Position numbers and translations under genes: made by a program. From the NCBI GenBank assembly GCA_964016885.1, contig OZ024743.1:39990001-40054000 (forward strand): DNA of 64,000 nucleotides, read 5' to 3'. Positions within the stretch are counted from its first letter, which is position 1; each line of letters begins with the position of its first letter. Shown one piece after another: positions 1 through 11,200 of this stretch. This DNA comes from Eledone cirrhosa (lineage: Eukaryota). Under the pieces are notes generated by a model. The model was given only the letters and a program-made list of their open reading frames with translations, had not been told where the DNA came from and did no database searches.

Positions 1-395
1 GCATGGATACGTGTGTGCCATTCGGGGATCTTTCGCCGTTACAATAACATCGAATACGTGAGCTATCCACGAACCATTTCTCTATGCTCTGTTTGTGTTC
101 GCTTATTAAATATCTAATTTTGAAATGAACACCTGTTCAAATCGCCAGTCTTGCTTCATAATCGCAACATTAAAACATCCTCCTTAATTAATATCTATCT
201 CCGCTCCTGCACAAGCCACGAGATACCTCATCTCCGATGGATGATTTGCATGGCGTCAAGTGTTTTAATTTATTGCATCATCGTTTAATAACCGGAATGA
301 CAGGTTCTACCCATTGATAAACAAAATAAAACGAATGGGATAAATAAGGCTGTTTATAAACATGGCTTAGAAACTGTGGGAGTATATTAAATTAA

Positions 396-587
396 ATAAT
401 GTTTTCTACTTTTGGCACAATGCCAGCAATTATCCCAGTGCATTACTGGTGCTTTATTTTATCGACACCGTAAGGATGAAAGGCAAAGTTAACCTCGGCG
501 GGATTTAAACTCAGACTATAAAGGCTCGTAAGTCTTTGCTATAAAGCATGGCGTTAGACCCTCTACCGATACTGCCAATCCACCTTC
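396..587 (-). mobile_element. tRNA-derived SINE (Meta-domain-like central region)
   Basis: Reverse complement carries a B-box-like GAGTTTAAATCCCGCC, then ACTTTGCCTTTCATCCTTACGGTGTCGATAAAATAAAGCACCAGTAATGCACTGGG and a tail TTGCTGGCATTGTGCCAAAAGTAGAAAAC. Five more copies occur in the window. Confidence 0.8.
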
Positions 588-2278
588 TCTACATTTTAAA
601 GTAGAATAAACAATAAATAGTGGGTTATATAGAAATAAATCAGCAAATGTTTAAATATTGATAAATTGGATCAAATAACTCAGGTAAAACATGAAATTTA
701 AAAAAAAAAAGATTATGTGGATAAGTAACCAGTGATAAAGTATATGTACTATGTGTATGCATACTGAATATACTCAAGCTCACACAAGTATACTGAGGAG
801 GTTTAGAAATCTTTACATAGCAATGCACGAAGAATTGCTTTAATGAAAGGAATAGAGTGAGATAAAAATTTAGAGAGCAAGTAAATGAGATGGTGGAAGG
901 ATTTGGAAACGTATGCACACACACAATCACAAGCACATTAAACATGCACACATAAATACCCGTGTGGACATATACATACACACATGCATGTATATTGACA
1001 TAACTGCATGTAGGCATACATGCACAGAAAAGCGCGAGCATGTACATATGCATATACGTATAGATACATGTGTACACATGCACATGTGCATGCACGTGCG
1101 TATACACACCCATACCCAAACACACATTCATACACAGAAGCCCATGCATGTACATATAAGGAAAGGATGTAGTAAAGTTGTCGACAGTCATGCATGTATC
1201 ATGAACATGCACTCACATATATACCTACTACATTTATACACCCATACAAGAATCAGGGAAGAAGATGTGTATAGTCTTTCTGCAGATATACATATTGGAA
1301 GTATAGCATTTAAAAGGAAACTTACGTGAGGAGTAGTGGTTCTTTGGTGGCACAATGTAGATAATAGGTAGATATGCTGGGTGTGGTGTGGTAAAATGAA
1401 TTGTGGGTCCGGGTTCTCTGCATGTGGGCTCCCCGTGGAAGTACGAGTATTTGGGCAGATGTGTTAAGTGGAGATTAGCCCGGGTACAGATACCTACACA
1501 ATCTTAAATGGTGAGTGGTTCAGGTCACTGCAGCTTGTAAGTGTGGACCATTAGCTTTAAAGGTAATTTATTAGTTTGAGGTATTGGTATGAATTTTGTA
1601 TGCGATGCCTACATTTGGTCACAACACCCATCAAAAGGCTTACTTGAACACACATGGCGAAACCGCTTGGTGCTGCTTTAATCATTTTACACATATCTAT
1701 ACTTACTGTTCATAAATCAAAATCCAATACATTATTGTTTTTATTACACATTGACCTTAGAAAGTGTACTTGGTTTCCTACAATATGGTCTCTTATTGAA
1801 GGAAACTTGAGTTTTAATGATATGAACTTCAGTCCTTTCGGGAAAAGCTACGTATAAAGAAGCGTGACAAAAACAACTTCCTCAAAGATGCACCACTCTG
1901 CCGGTTAAGCATCAAATCCGTCTTGTTTTGATTTTAAGCCGAACACCTTAAACATAGGGGCACAAGCTTTCACAAATACTGCTATGTACAGATATTATCA
2001 ACGTATGAAAAATAATTTTAAAAGATCCTGAAAAAATGCCACATGGCATTTTGTCCAACCCACTAACAATGTCCGAATATGCAGCCATTATTCTTCTAAT
2101 AAAACATACACACCTAGCAAATTAGTCCCCATTCCTCTCCTGCCAACTTTACTGTATATGTAGTGAAATGATAAAATGATTACTGGGCCGTAAAATATCA
2201 CAATGCATGTTGAAGACAATTGAAACAATGTTAAATATGTTTGTGTCATTGGATTCTGGTGTAATTGTTGATTCATCG

Positions 2279-2749
<471 letters not shown>

Positions 2750-2825
2750 TATATATATATATATATATGAATGGATGTATAGTATATTTGGCAATATACT
2801 GTATGTTTAATATATATATATATAA

Positions 2826-2986
2826 TAATTGCTTCTACTTTTGACACAAGGCCTTCGGTTATCGACCCGTTGAGGGTGAAATGCCGAGTTAATCTCAGCG
2901 GGATTTGAACTCAGCACGTAGGTAGGCATAACTCAATGCTGCAAAGTTAGTGTCTGATGCTCTACCGATACTGCCCATCCACCTTC
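2826..2986 (-). mobile_element. tRNA-derived SINE, diverged with internal deletion
   Basis: Homologous to 396-587 (GGGATTTGAACTCAG, TCTACCGATACTGCC, CACAAGGCC). Confidence 0.7.
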
Positions 2987-3132
2987 AAGGGAGGTCCGAC
3001 GAGCTTTTGATTCCAGAGTTGGGCTAGATGGATACCGATCGAACCGTGGGGTAGGCAATAGCGAAAAGCGCGTCACTACACTATAAACGCAATGATTACA
3101 TAACAAATCGTCCTTCTGATTATAATTTTCAT

Positions 3133-3197
<65 letters not shown>
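3133..3197 (+). repeat. (TAA)n microsatellite, left edge of the retrotransposon cluster
   Basis: Direct observation. Confidence 0.95.
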
Positions 3198-3198
<1 letters not shown>

Positions 3199-3360
3199 TT
3201 TGTATTATATATTTTGTATTCAAAAAAAGAAAATGGTTATAAATGGAACAAAACACCCTCTGTCTACACTATATAGAACAGCGGCAATTTCAATTTCACC
3301 AACACCAGAAACTCGATACACTACCTATCCCATCACACTAAATATAACGGCAACTTCACC
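3198..3360 (+). mobile_element. Diverged fragment of the family B 5' leader, no ORF
   Basis: AAAAAAAGAAAATGGTTATAAATGGAA...CTCTGTCTACACTATATAGAACAGC...CACCAACACCAGAAACTCGATACAC matches the reverse complement of ~21200-21390. Confidence 0.75.
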
Positions 3361-3817
3361 GGCATCATAATAATAATTACTATTATTATTGTCTCAAATT
3401 TAAAAAAATGTTTAATTCAAATTTTACGGGAATATGTCAACACAAAATATAATGAAAATATATATTAAACATAGGAACACAAACTCATAGATACTATATC
3501 AGTAACCACAACACCACCGCTGCCACCACCCCACCACATCCATCATCGCCGCCACCACTCATTCAATGCTACTGACACTATTCCCCTGTTAACTTGAGAG
3601 AGAAAAGGGAAGTTGGTGGTAGCACTAGACAAGAGAGAGGCTAGCAAAAGATATAAATAGATTGACTTGGTGACCTTGCCACGGACAAACGTCTACATCA
3701 ACAATTATGGGACTGCTGGCTCACCCCTTCCTCACCAACAATATAAAAAGCCCCGGCACCACCACCGACATAGCCAGCAGCAATAACAGCCAACTACAAC
3801 AAAAAGTATATTATATT

Positions 3818-6800
3818 ATTGTAATGCACTGGGTGATTGCTGGCCTTGTCCCTGGAGTGGAGACAATTATTAATAATTTCATTCTTAAGCCACGCAATGC
3901 TCACATTAAGGAACCACTCATGATAATAACATTTAAAAAAAACAACAAAAAGAAAACCCCGTGACCAAGAAATACCGGAATGGCGGCCGGCGGGGAATAG
4001 CCATGTCTCTAGGGGAGAACGACCCCTCTAGTCTTGGTTGACACTCGTTCTAGAAGTGGTAACACGAAAAGATTACCCCTTGGCGGATAAGGATAAAACG
4101 CGACAAAATAAAGTAGATGTCTAATGATGAAATCTCATACCGGATCGGCCGTCACCCGGGTAAAAAAGGGCCGCGTCCCTCAGAGAGGAACCAGACTGGG
4201 GTCGAAAAATCAGCTAATGGTTCAAACCTTCCCATCACTTCGGAGCTGGAGACCTCCCATAACCGGAATACTCCTACTGTTGGCCCTCCATGCTCACCAC
4301 CAAGAAATCCAAAGAAAAAGAGAGAAAAATGGTCAAGGGAAGATAATAAAGAAGTCCTTGAGGCTTTCTACACTGCCATGTACTACCCATTAAATACATC
4401 GAATACAGAGCAAACATATATCAACTGGAAAAAGAAACATCCCGAAAACAGAGGCTATATTGACAGTAACAAACTAGCCAATATACGAAGAAATATTGTA
4501 AGAAAAAAGTTACTAACTGATATAGAAATTGATCAGATCAAGCTAGTAGCACAAAGTCAGCGAAGGGAAAATGAAGCATGTGTCAGTGAAAACGAGGTAA
4601 ACTGTAACACTTCGAATCCCAGAGTTGGGGCGGAATCACTGGCAACAGAACAAATTAAAGAAAGGAGCGAAAAAGTGGAGGGAGTGCATGCTCAGGATGA
4701 AACTCCAAATGAAAATAATGAGATCGTAAATGATAAAGAAATGAATGAGAATGAACTTGCCAACTTGAAGGATGAAATTATGATCGAATGGATGAAAATG
4801 AAAGAATCTGACATGGGGGAACGAGACACCCTCCCTAAGATCCAGAACTCCAAACAGAACCAAAAGATAATACACAAGACTAACATAATTCTCAAAAACA
4901 TTATCATCACAAACAAAATAAACATTACTGACTTAAATCATCTCTATTATGCATCGGCTAAAGTCACCACTCACTTATGTGAAGTGAAGATGAAAAAACA
5001 AAGGAATTCCCACAAGAAATCTACTTGGCAAGATAACATCAATCGCCAAATAAACCTTCTCCGATCTGACATAGAAATTTTAACAAACTATAAAGTAGGT
5101 GAACATGTTAAACAAACTAAACTTAGAAAATTGAAAAAAAAGTACAGTATAAGATCAACATGTGACATAGACATGCTGATAGAAACAATCAAGCAAAAAG
5201 TGTCGGCCAAAGCTGCTCGTATAAGGCGCTTTGAAAAACGATCTAGATTCTATAAGGACAATAATATGTTCAAAAACAACCAAAGAAACTTCTACAGAAA
5301 AATTGGTAAGTCAACAATAACTGCTAAATCAATACCACCCAAGGAGGAAGTGCAAGAATTCTGGGAAAAGATCTGGGCCGAAGAAAAAGTTCATAACATA
5401 CATGCCCCATGGATAGACAGACAAATGAAAGAAACAGCTCACCTTGAAGAACAAACATGGGAAAATATAACAGTTGAACAGCTGCGCTTGGCTCTAAGAA
5501 AAACCAGCAAATGGAAATCCCCAGGAAAAGACAAAATACAAAACTTTTGGATAAATGCCTTCACAGAGTCTCATGAGCTGTTAGCCCAACTTTACAATGA
5601 AATAGTTAAGGAGCCAGAAAAGATACCATCATGGCTAGTTAACGGCATTACATTCCTGCTACCGAAGAATGATGAGACAAACAATCCCAAAAATTACAGA
5701 CCGATAACCTGCTTGACCACAATGTATAAAATTTTAACATCAGTCCTAACTGAATACACATATGACCACCTGATAACAAATGACCTATTTCCCATTGAGC
5801 AGAAAGGGTGTAAACGAGGCTCATATGGCTGTAAGGATCAGCTTCTGGTTAACAAAATGATACTGGAAGATTGTCATAATAGACACAAAAATCTATCGAT
5901 TGCTTGGATAGATTATAAAAAAGCATTTGATAGTTTGCCACACAGTTGGATTGAAAAATGTTTAGAGATTTTCAAAATATCCCCCGTTGTCAGGAGGTTT
6001 TTGTCATTCAGTATGAGGACATGGAGAACGACACTCCTTTTGAATAGTGAAACAAAATCACTGGAAGCTGGAGAAGTTAACATTAATTGTGGAATTTTTC
6101 AGGGTGACTCTTTATCACCGCTTTTATTCTGCATCGCACTTATACCATTAAGTAAAATGCTCAATGAAACAAAACATGGATATAGAGTCTATGACAAAAC
6201 CATTAATCACCTGTTCTACATGGATGACCTGAAACTATTCGCAAAAAATGATGAACAATTGCAAGGGCTATTATCCACTGTGAAGCAGTTCAGTGATGAC
6301 ATTAAAATGGAGTTTGGACTGGATAAATGCGCCAAAGCAACGTTCACCAGAGGAAAGCTGCTGAAGAGTTCAGACATTAATCTTGATCGGGGGAACGTGA
6401 TAAGAGAGCTTGATCAAGAACAAACTTACAAATATCTAGGTTTTTGTGAAGGAGACGGAATCAAGCACTCGACAATGAGGGAAAGGATAAGGAAGGAATG
6501 TTACCGCAGAGTCAGAGCAATCTTAAGAACGGAATTGAATGCAAGGAATAGGATCGATGCCATAAACACGCTTGCCATACCAGTAGTAACCTACAGTTAC
6601 AATGTCATCAACTGGTCAAGCACAGAGATCCGTAGGCTCGATACAAACATCCGAAAATTCTTAACCATGCACAGAATGCATCACCCTAAGGCAGACATAG
6701 ATAGAATATATCTCCCTAGGAAAGAAGGAGGACGTGGGTTAATCCAGTTAGACATTGCGTTGAAAACTGCAACAATTGGATTATCCACATATCTAAGGGA

Positions 6801-7907
6801 ATCACATGATTGGATGATCAAACTCGTTTTGAAACACGAAAGCACCAAAAGATCATATTCCATTACAAAAGATGCACAAAGATACAGTAATGGACTACAA
6901 ATTTCAGAAGTCCCATTTACTGCTGAAATGGAAAACACAGAAAAAGCAAAGCAGGTAAAAGTAACTGCAAAGAAAGAACTGCTACAGAAACTGGCTAAGA
7001 AATGGCAAGAAAAGCCTCTGTATGGAAAATACCCAGAGCGAGCTAACAATCCTGATGTTGACAAAACTTTAATCCATCAGTGGTTGGCATCCTCTGGACT
7101 GAAATCGGAGACTGAAGGACTGATTATATCCGCACAAGATCAGTGTCTGCCAACAAAAAATTACCAAGCCAACATAATAAAAAATGGGTGCAGCCCATTA
7201 TGCCGTGTATGCAAAAAACAACCAGAGACCATTGACCATATAATTTCAATGTGCAGTCCTATAGCTCCAACCGAATACCTAAACAGGCATGACAGAGCTG
7301 CACAATACATACATTGGATAATGTGTAAGCATTTTGACCTGCCCCATCAAAAGAATTGGTGGGAGCATCAACCACCTCCCATACTTGAAAAAGATCACAT
7401 CTCAATCTTGTGGAACTTTAGCATCCAAACAGACCGAAAGATAGATGCAAATAGACCTGATATAATATTGAAGGACTTTCAAAGCAGAGTATGCCTGCTA
7501 ATTGATATGTCTGTTCCAATAGACAAGAATGTATCTATAAAAACATTTGAAAAATTGAGCAAGTATAAGGACCTGGAGATAGAAATTGGAAAAATGTGGA
7601 AATTGAGAACTAAAACAATACCAGTGGTTGTAGGCGCTCTGGGAATGATACCTAAGGGGTCTAACGACTACTTATCGCAAATCCCAGGAAACCCGCGTAT
7701 AGGAGAAATACAAAAGATAGTACTAATGGGAACTGCCCATATACTAAGGAAGATCCTGTCAATATAAGTACATCACAAGTCTAAACACTAAGGATGCATG
7801 TGTGAATATGTGTGTTCTTTCTTGAACATGGCGGACCTTGTTGTCTCTTGAGGTCACTGGTTGTGACTTGGTGATAACTCGTATAAACATAAAGCAAGAT
7901 AAATGCA
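3818..7907 (+). mobile_element. R4/Dong-clade non-LTR retrotransposon, family A copy 1 (intact ORF)
   Basis: Single RT+RLE ORF and ~140-bp 3' UTR ending in (TAA)n at 7908-7952. Boundaries set by comparison with the inverted copy at 12841-17007. Confidence 0.92.
4117..7767 (+). CDS. Retrotransposon protein: Myb-like N-terminus, reverse transcriptase, CCHC knuckle, restriction-like endonuclease
   Basis: 1216 aa. Motifs: KSPGKD, NYRPITCL, DYKKAFDS, GIFQGDSLSPLLF, HLFYMDDLK, CRVCKKQPETIDHIISMC, RHD, RPD..D..K..KYKDL, IPVVVGALG. Confidence 0.95.
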   Translation: MSNDEISYRIGRHPGKKGPRPSERNQTGVEKSANGSNLPITSELETSHNRNTPTVGPPCSPPRNPKKKREKWSREDNKEVLEAFYTAMYYPLNTSNTEQTYINWKKKHPENRGYIDSNKLANIRRNIVRKKLLTDIEIDQIKLVAQSQRRENEACVSENEVNCNTSNPRVGAESLATEQIKERSEKVEGVHAQDETPNENNEIVNDKEMNENELANLKDEIMIEWMKMKESDMGERDTLPKIQNSKQNQKIIHKTNIILKNIIITNKINITDLNHLYYASAKVTTHLCEVKMKKQRNSHKKSTWQDNINRQINLLRSDIEILTNYKVGEHVKQTKLRKLKKKYSIRSTCDIDMLIETIKQKVSAKAARIRRFEKRSRFYKDNNMFKNNQRNFYRKIGKSTITAKSIPPKEEVQEFWEKIWAEEKVHNIHAPWIDRQMKETAHLEEQTWENITVEQLRLALRKTSKWKSPGKDKIQNFWINAFTESHELLAQLYNEIVKEPEKIPSWLVNGITFLLPKNDETNNPKNYRPITCLTTMYKILTSVLTEYTYDHLITNDLFPIEQKGCKRGSYGCKDQLLVNKMILEDCHNRHKNLSIAWIDYKKAFDSLPHSWIEKCLEIFKISPVVRRFLSFSMRTWRTTLLLNSETKSLEAGEVNINCGIFQGDSLSPLLFCIALIPLSKMLNETKHGYRVYDKTINHLFYMDDLKLFAKNDEQLQGLLSTVKQFSDDIKMEFGLDKCAKATFTRGKLLKSSDINLDRGNVIRELDQEQTYKYLGFCEGDGIKHSTMRERIRKECYRRVRAILRTELNARNRIDAINTLAIPVVTYSYNVINWSSTEIRRLDTNIRKFLTMHRMHHPKADIDRIYLPRKEGGRGLIQLDIALKTATIGLSTYLRESHDWMIKLVLKHESTKRSYSITKDAQRYSNGLQISEVPFTAEMENTEKAKQVKVTAKKELLQKLAKKWQEKPLYGKYPERANNPDVDKTLIHQWLASSGLKSETEGLIISAQDQCLPTKNYQANIIKNGCSPLCRVCKKQPETIDHIISMCSPIAPTEYLNRHDRAAQYIHWIMCKHFDLPHQKNWWEHQPPPILEKDHISILWNFSIQTDRKIDANRPDIILKDFQSRVCLLIDMSVPIDKNVSIKTFEKLSKYKDLEIEIGKMWKLRTKTIPVVVGALGMIPKGSNDYLSQIPGNPRIGEIQKIVLMGTAHILRKILSI

Positions 7908-7950
<43 letters not shown>

Positions 7951-7953
<3 letters not shown>

Positions 7954-8171
7954 TTTTCTTTATTGGCCACAAGGGCTGACATCAAGAAAAACATTACAGA
8001 CGGTACAGGATGGTACAGGACGGTACGATGCACAAAACCCATATCGTACCGTCCTGTACCGTCCTGTGCCGTCTGTAATGTTTTTCTTGATGTCAGCCCT
8101 TGTGGCCAATAAAGAAATCATTATTATTGTATTGTCCCCTATATGTCGGCCCTTGTGGCCAATAAATGAAA

Positions 8172-8174
<3 letters not shown>
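7951..8174. mobile_element. Three very short Tx1-like (or related SINE) 3'-end fragments; the first two form a palindrome
   Basis: Arms 7951-8029 (-) and 8043-8120 (+), third fragment 8128-8174 (+). All end in CCCTTGTGGCCAATAAA(T)GAAA plus a (TTA)n tail, like the 3' end at 12745-12820. Confidence 0.8.
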
Positions 8175-8206
<32 letters not shown>

Positions 8207-11200
8207 GGCGACCTACGTAGTAAATCGTATCATCGTGAGCTCCGCAAAGGTTTGTTATTTTCAGTTGTTTAAAATTGACATTTATGGAAAATGTTTATTG
8301 TTAACTGTATATAAGTGCACATACATTGATTTGTGAAAAGGACACTCAAAAAGATTGGGACCCCAACTCATGATGTCGAAATGTTTTCAACCAAAATGAA
8401 CTCTTCCACACCAAAGACGACGCCTACACCATCCACCACGTCACAACCAAAACTAACGCCTGTGGAGGATTGTCCACTCCCCGGCCTATCACAACTGAAG
8501 AGAGATTGTGACGACGAGGAGTGGGAAACGGTATCAGGAAAAAATAAAAAAAGAAACCAAAAAAGAAAAAAATTCTCTTCCTTCCCCCTCCAAAAACAAA
8601 ATACAGAGGGAAACAAATAAATTAACAAACAAAAAAGTTAGGACAGATATGCCACGATCCACACCAGCATCACCAACCCCGTCACCCCAAACACCAACAC
8701 CATCACCATCATTAACCCCAACACCATCATCACCTACACCACAAAGGTCACGAAAATGCGAAACAGAAACAACCCCACAACAAACGCAAACAAAACAAAA
8801 CAACCAAAACGATACACACTACACAGCATTAAATTTGAACAACAACCAATTATTACATTACATCCAACACTACACCAGCATCACAGAAAAAGACTACACA
8901 AATACCCAAAAGTTCACACCACCACCACACATACAAATCACTGGCATCACACAGAAAACTTACATGACACTAAAACAAAAATTCCCCAAAGACATCGGAG
9001 ACTTCCGACAAGCACTCTCCAGGAGGATTTATAAGGACATCCTTCCTGAGGAGGCCACAAGCAGTGAAAAGGATGGAAAAACCGTCCTTCCTCTACGAGA
9101 AGTAAGGTAAGTGGTCTTTCCCATCTTTTCCACTCCATTTCAACATGACTTCACTCAGTATAGGTAGCATAAATGCGCGTGGCTTGGGGTCGTCATGGAA
9201 GTAGGGCCATCTCCTCAACGACCTCAGGTCACTAAACATAGATGTAGTGGCCATCAGCGACACCAGAATCTCCGAAGCACGGGCCTTCGCACCGATCTTC
9301 GGCGGCTACGATGTGTACGCATCTCCTAGCCGTCCGGGATCGAGGGGAGGACTTGCTGTGCTTTTACGGAGAGGTTTGGATCTTGCCATACGGGCCATCT
9401 TCCTGGACCCAGAAGGTAAGTTGGTGGTGCTGGACATGACCAGCGGAGACGGACAAGCTTTAAGGTTAGTGGCCGTCTACGCCCCGACAGGAGCAGGGCG
9501 GCGGATTTCTTCCGGCGTCTGGAGACTTTTCTTGGAACGTCCCGCTCTTTAGTATTAGTGGGCCACTGGAACAGGATCTTAGATGCATGCTGGGATTGTG
9601 TGGGATTAGTGGATAGGGGAGGAGTGTGCAAGAGTCTCACCAACCTGCTCAGGCGTTTTGAACTGTCTGACAGGTACCGATTGAATTTCCCGAATGTACC
9701 AATGTGGACTTGGACAAATCGCATAGGGTCATCCAGATCATATCTAGATAGAGTATTTTGTAGGGAAATAGATAGGTCTAGCATAGGCTGTCCACAATTC
9801 AAGATAGTCAGCTACACGGACCACAAATTCGTGATCTGTGTGCTTGAATTAGATAGGTTTCATAGACGAGGACCCGGCTACTGGAAGCTAAACGCGTCCT
9901 TACCAGCGCGCAAGGCCTACAGAGACCGGATTAGCGAACTAGTTAAGCGGGCGTTGACGGGGGCCATCGTCAACAGCAAGTGGTGGTTTGCTCTGAAAAG
10001 AGCGATTAGAATAGAATCCATTAGGTTTAGTAAGGCTTTAGCAATAGAGAAAAATAGAGCAGAGGGAGAACTAGTTAGAAAATTAGACGAGGCGTTTAGC
10101 AAAGGCATTGCGAACGACGTGCTTGCGGCAAAATTGGCCCTTGACCAATTCTTCAATGCAAAGCATGAAGGCTGCGTTGTCAGGGCAAAGGTGCATGCTC
10201 TCAGACACGATAAGACGAAAGCCGATCAATAAGCCCGAGTGGCGGAGGCGGGTCGTGGCAACAAACCCACGATCCGGTCTTTGGTGGACCACGACGGGCG
10301 CATGCTACTCGATCCCGGGCAAATGTGTGAAGCTTTTCAGCGACACTTCGCTCAGCTTTTCGGGGGAAGCGGTGGGCCGGGTCGAGGGATGGACTTTAGT
10401 GTCTACCTCGACGGGCTGCCGCGACTCTCGGCCACTGAGGCAGAGTGTTGCGAAAAGCCGATAACAGCCGCTGATGTACGGGAGGCAATGACTGGCTGCA
10501 CAAGGGGTAAATCGCCTGGTTTGGATGGTCTGCCCTATGAACTTTACGTACAAATGCCAGACTTGTTCGGAGGCCTTTTGGCGGACGTCTACTGCAACTG
10601 GCAACAGAACGGCAGAATTCCCAGCTCTGTGAGCCGAGGAGCGGTGGCACTGCTGAGAAAGGATCCGAACAAGGGGGATAACATAGATAATTTCCGGCCC
10701 ATAACGCTGCTAAAGACAGAGTTCAAGATTTTGGATAAGGTGCTAGCAAAGAGGTTGGCGCTTGTCGTTGATGGTCTGGTGGGAGAGGCGCAGACGTGCG
10801 CCATTTACGACAGATCCATTCACGACAACCTCCACCTCATGCGATACATCGTAGAGAGGGTAGCTAGGGAACCTGGCACGGGTGGGTCCTTGATCAATTT
10901 AGATCAGTCGAAAGCTTTCGATAGGGTCGACCATCGTTACCTAGCGGCAGTCCTGAGGGCGGCTGGCTTTGGGCCCGTCTTCAGAGGCTGGATCGCTGCC
11001 ATGCACAGCGACATCTGCTCTGTGGTGAGAATGAACGGTCACCTTTCGGAACCGTTCAACATCATGCGCTCGGTCCGCCAAGGATGTCCCCTCTCGTCCC
11101 TCTTGTACGTATTGACTCTCGAGCCATTACTGCACAAACTGGAGACGTTGAGGGGCATCCCGCGCGAACTAGGATGCGGAAGATCCGTGTCAGCATATGC

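Noticed and set aside
640-1329. ORFs of 138-190 aa rich in H/T/Y/M/C/V
   Set aside because: Translations of degenerate CA/TA/TG repeats with no domain motifs.
1330-1900. Possible very decayed GIY-YIG (PLE) remnant on the minus strand
   Set aside because: Only faint YVG..ST.L-like similarity after assumed frameshifts; not supportable without an HMM search.
3870-4116. HDV-like ribozyme in the family A or B 5' leaders, as known for some R2/R4/RTE elements
   Set aside because: I could not find a convincing P1/P2/P3/L3 nested pseudoknot by eye. An RNArobo or Infernal search would decide it.
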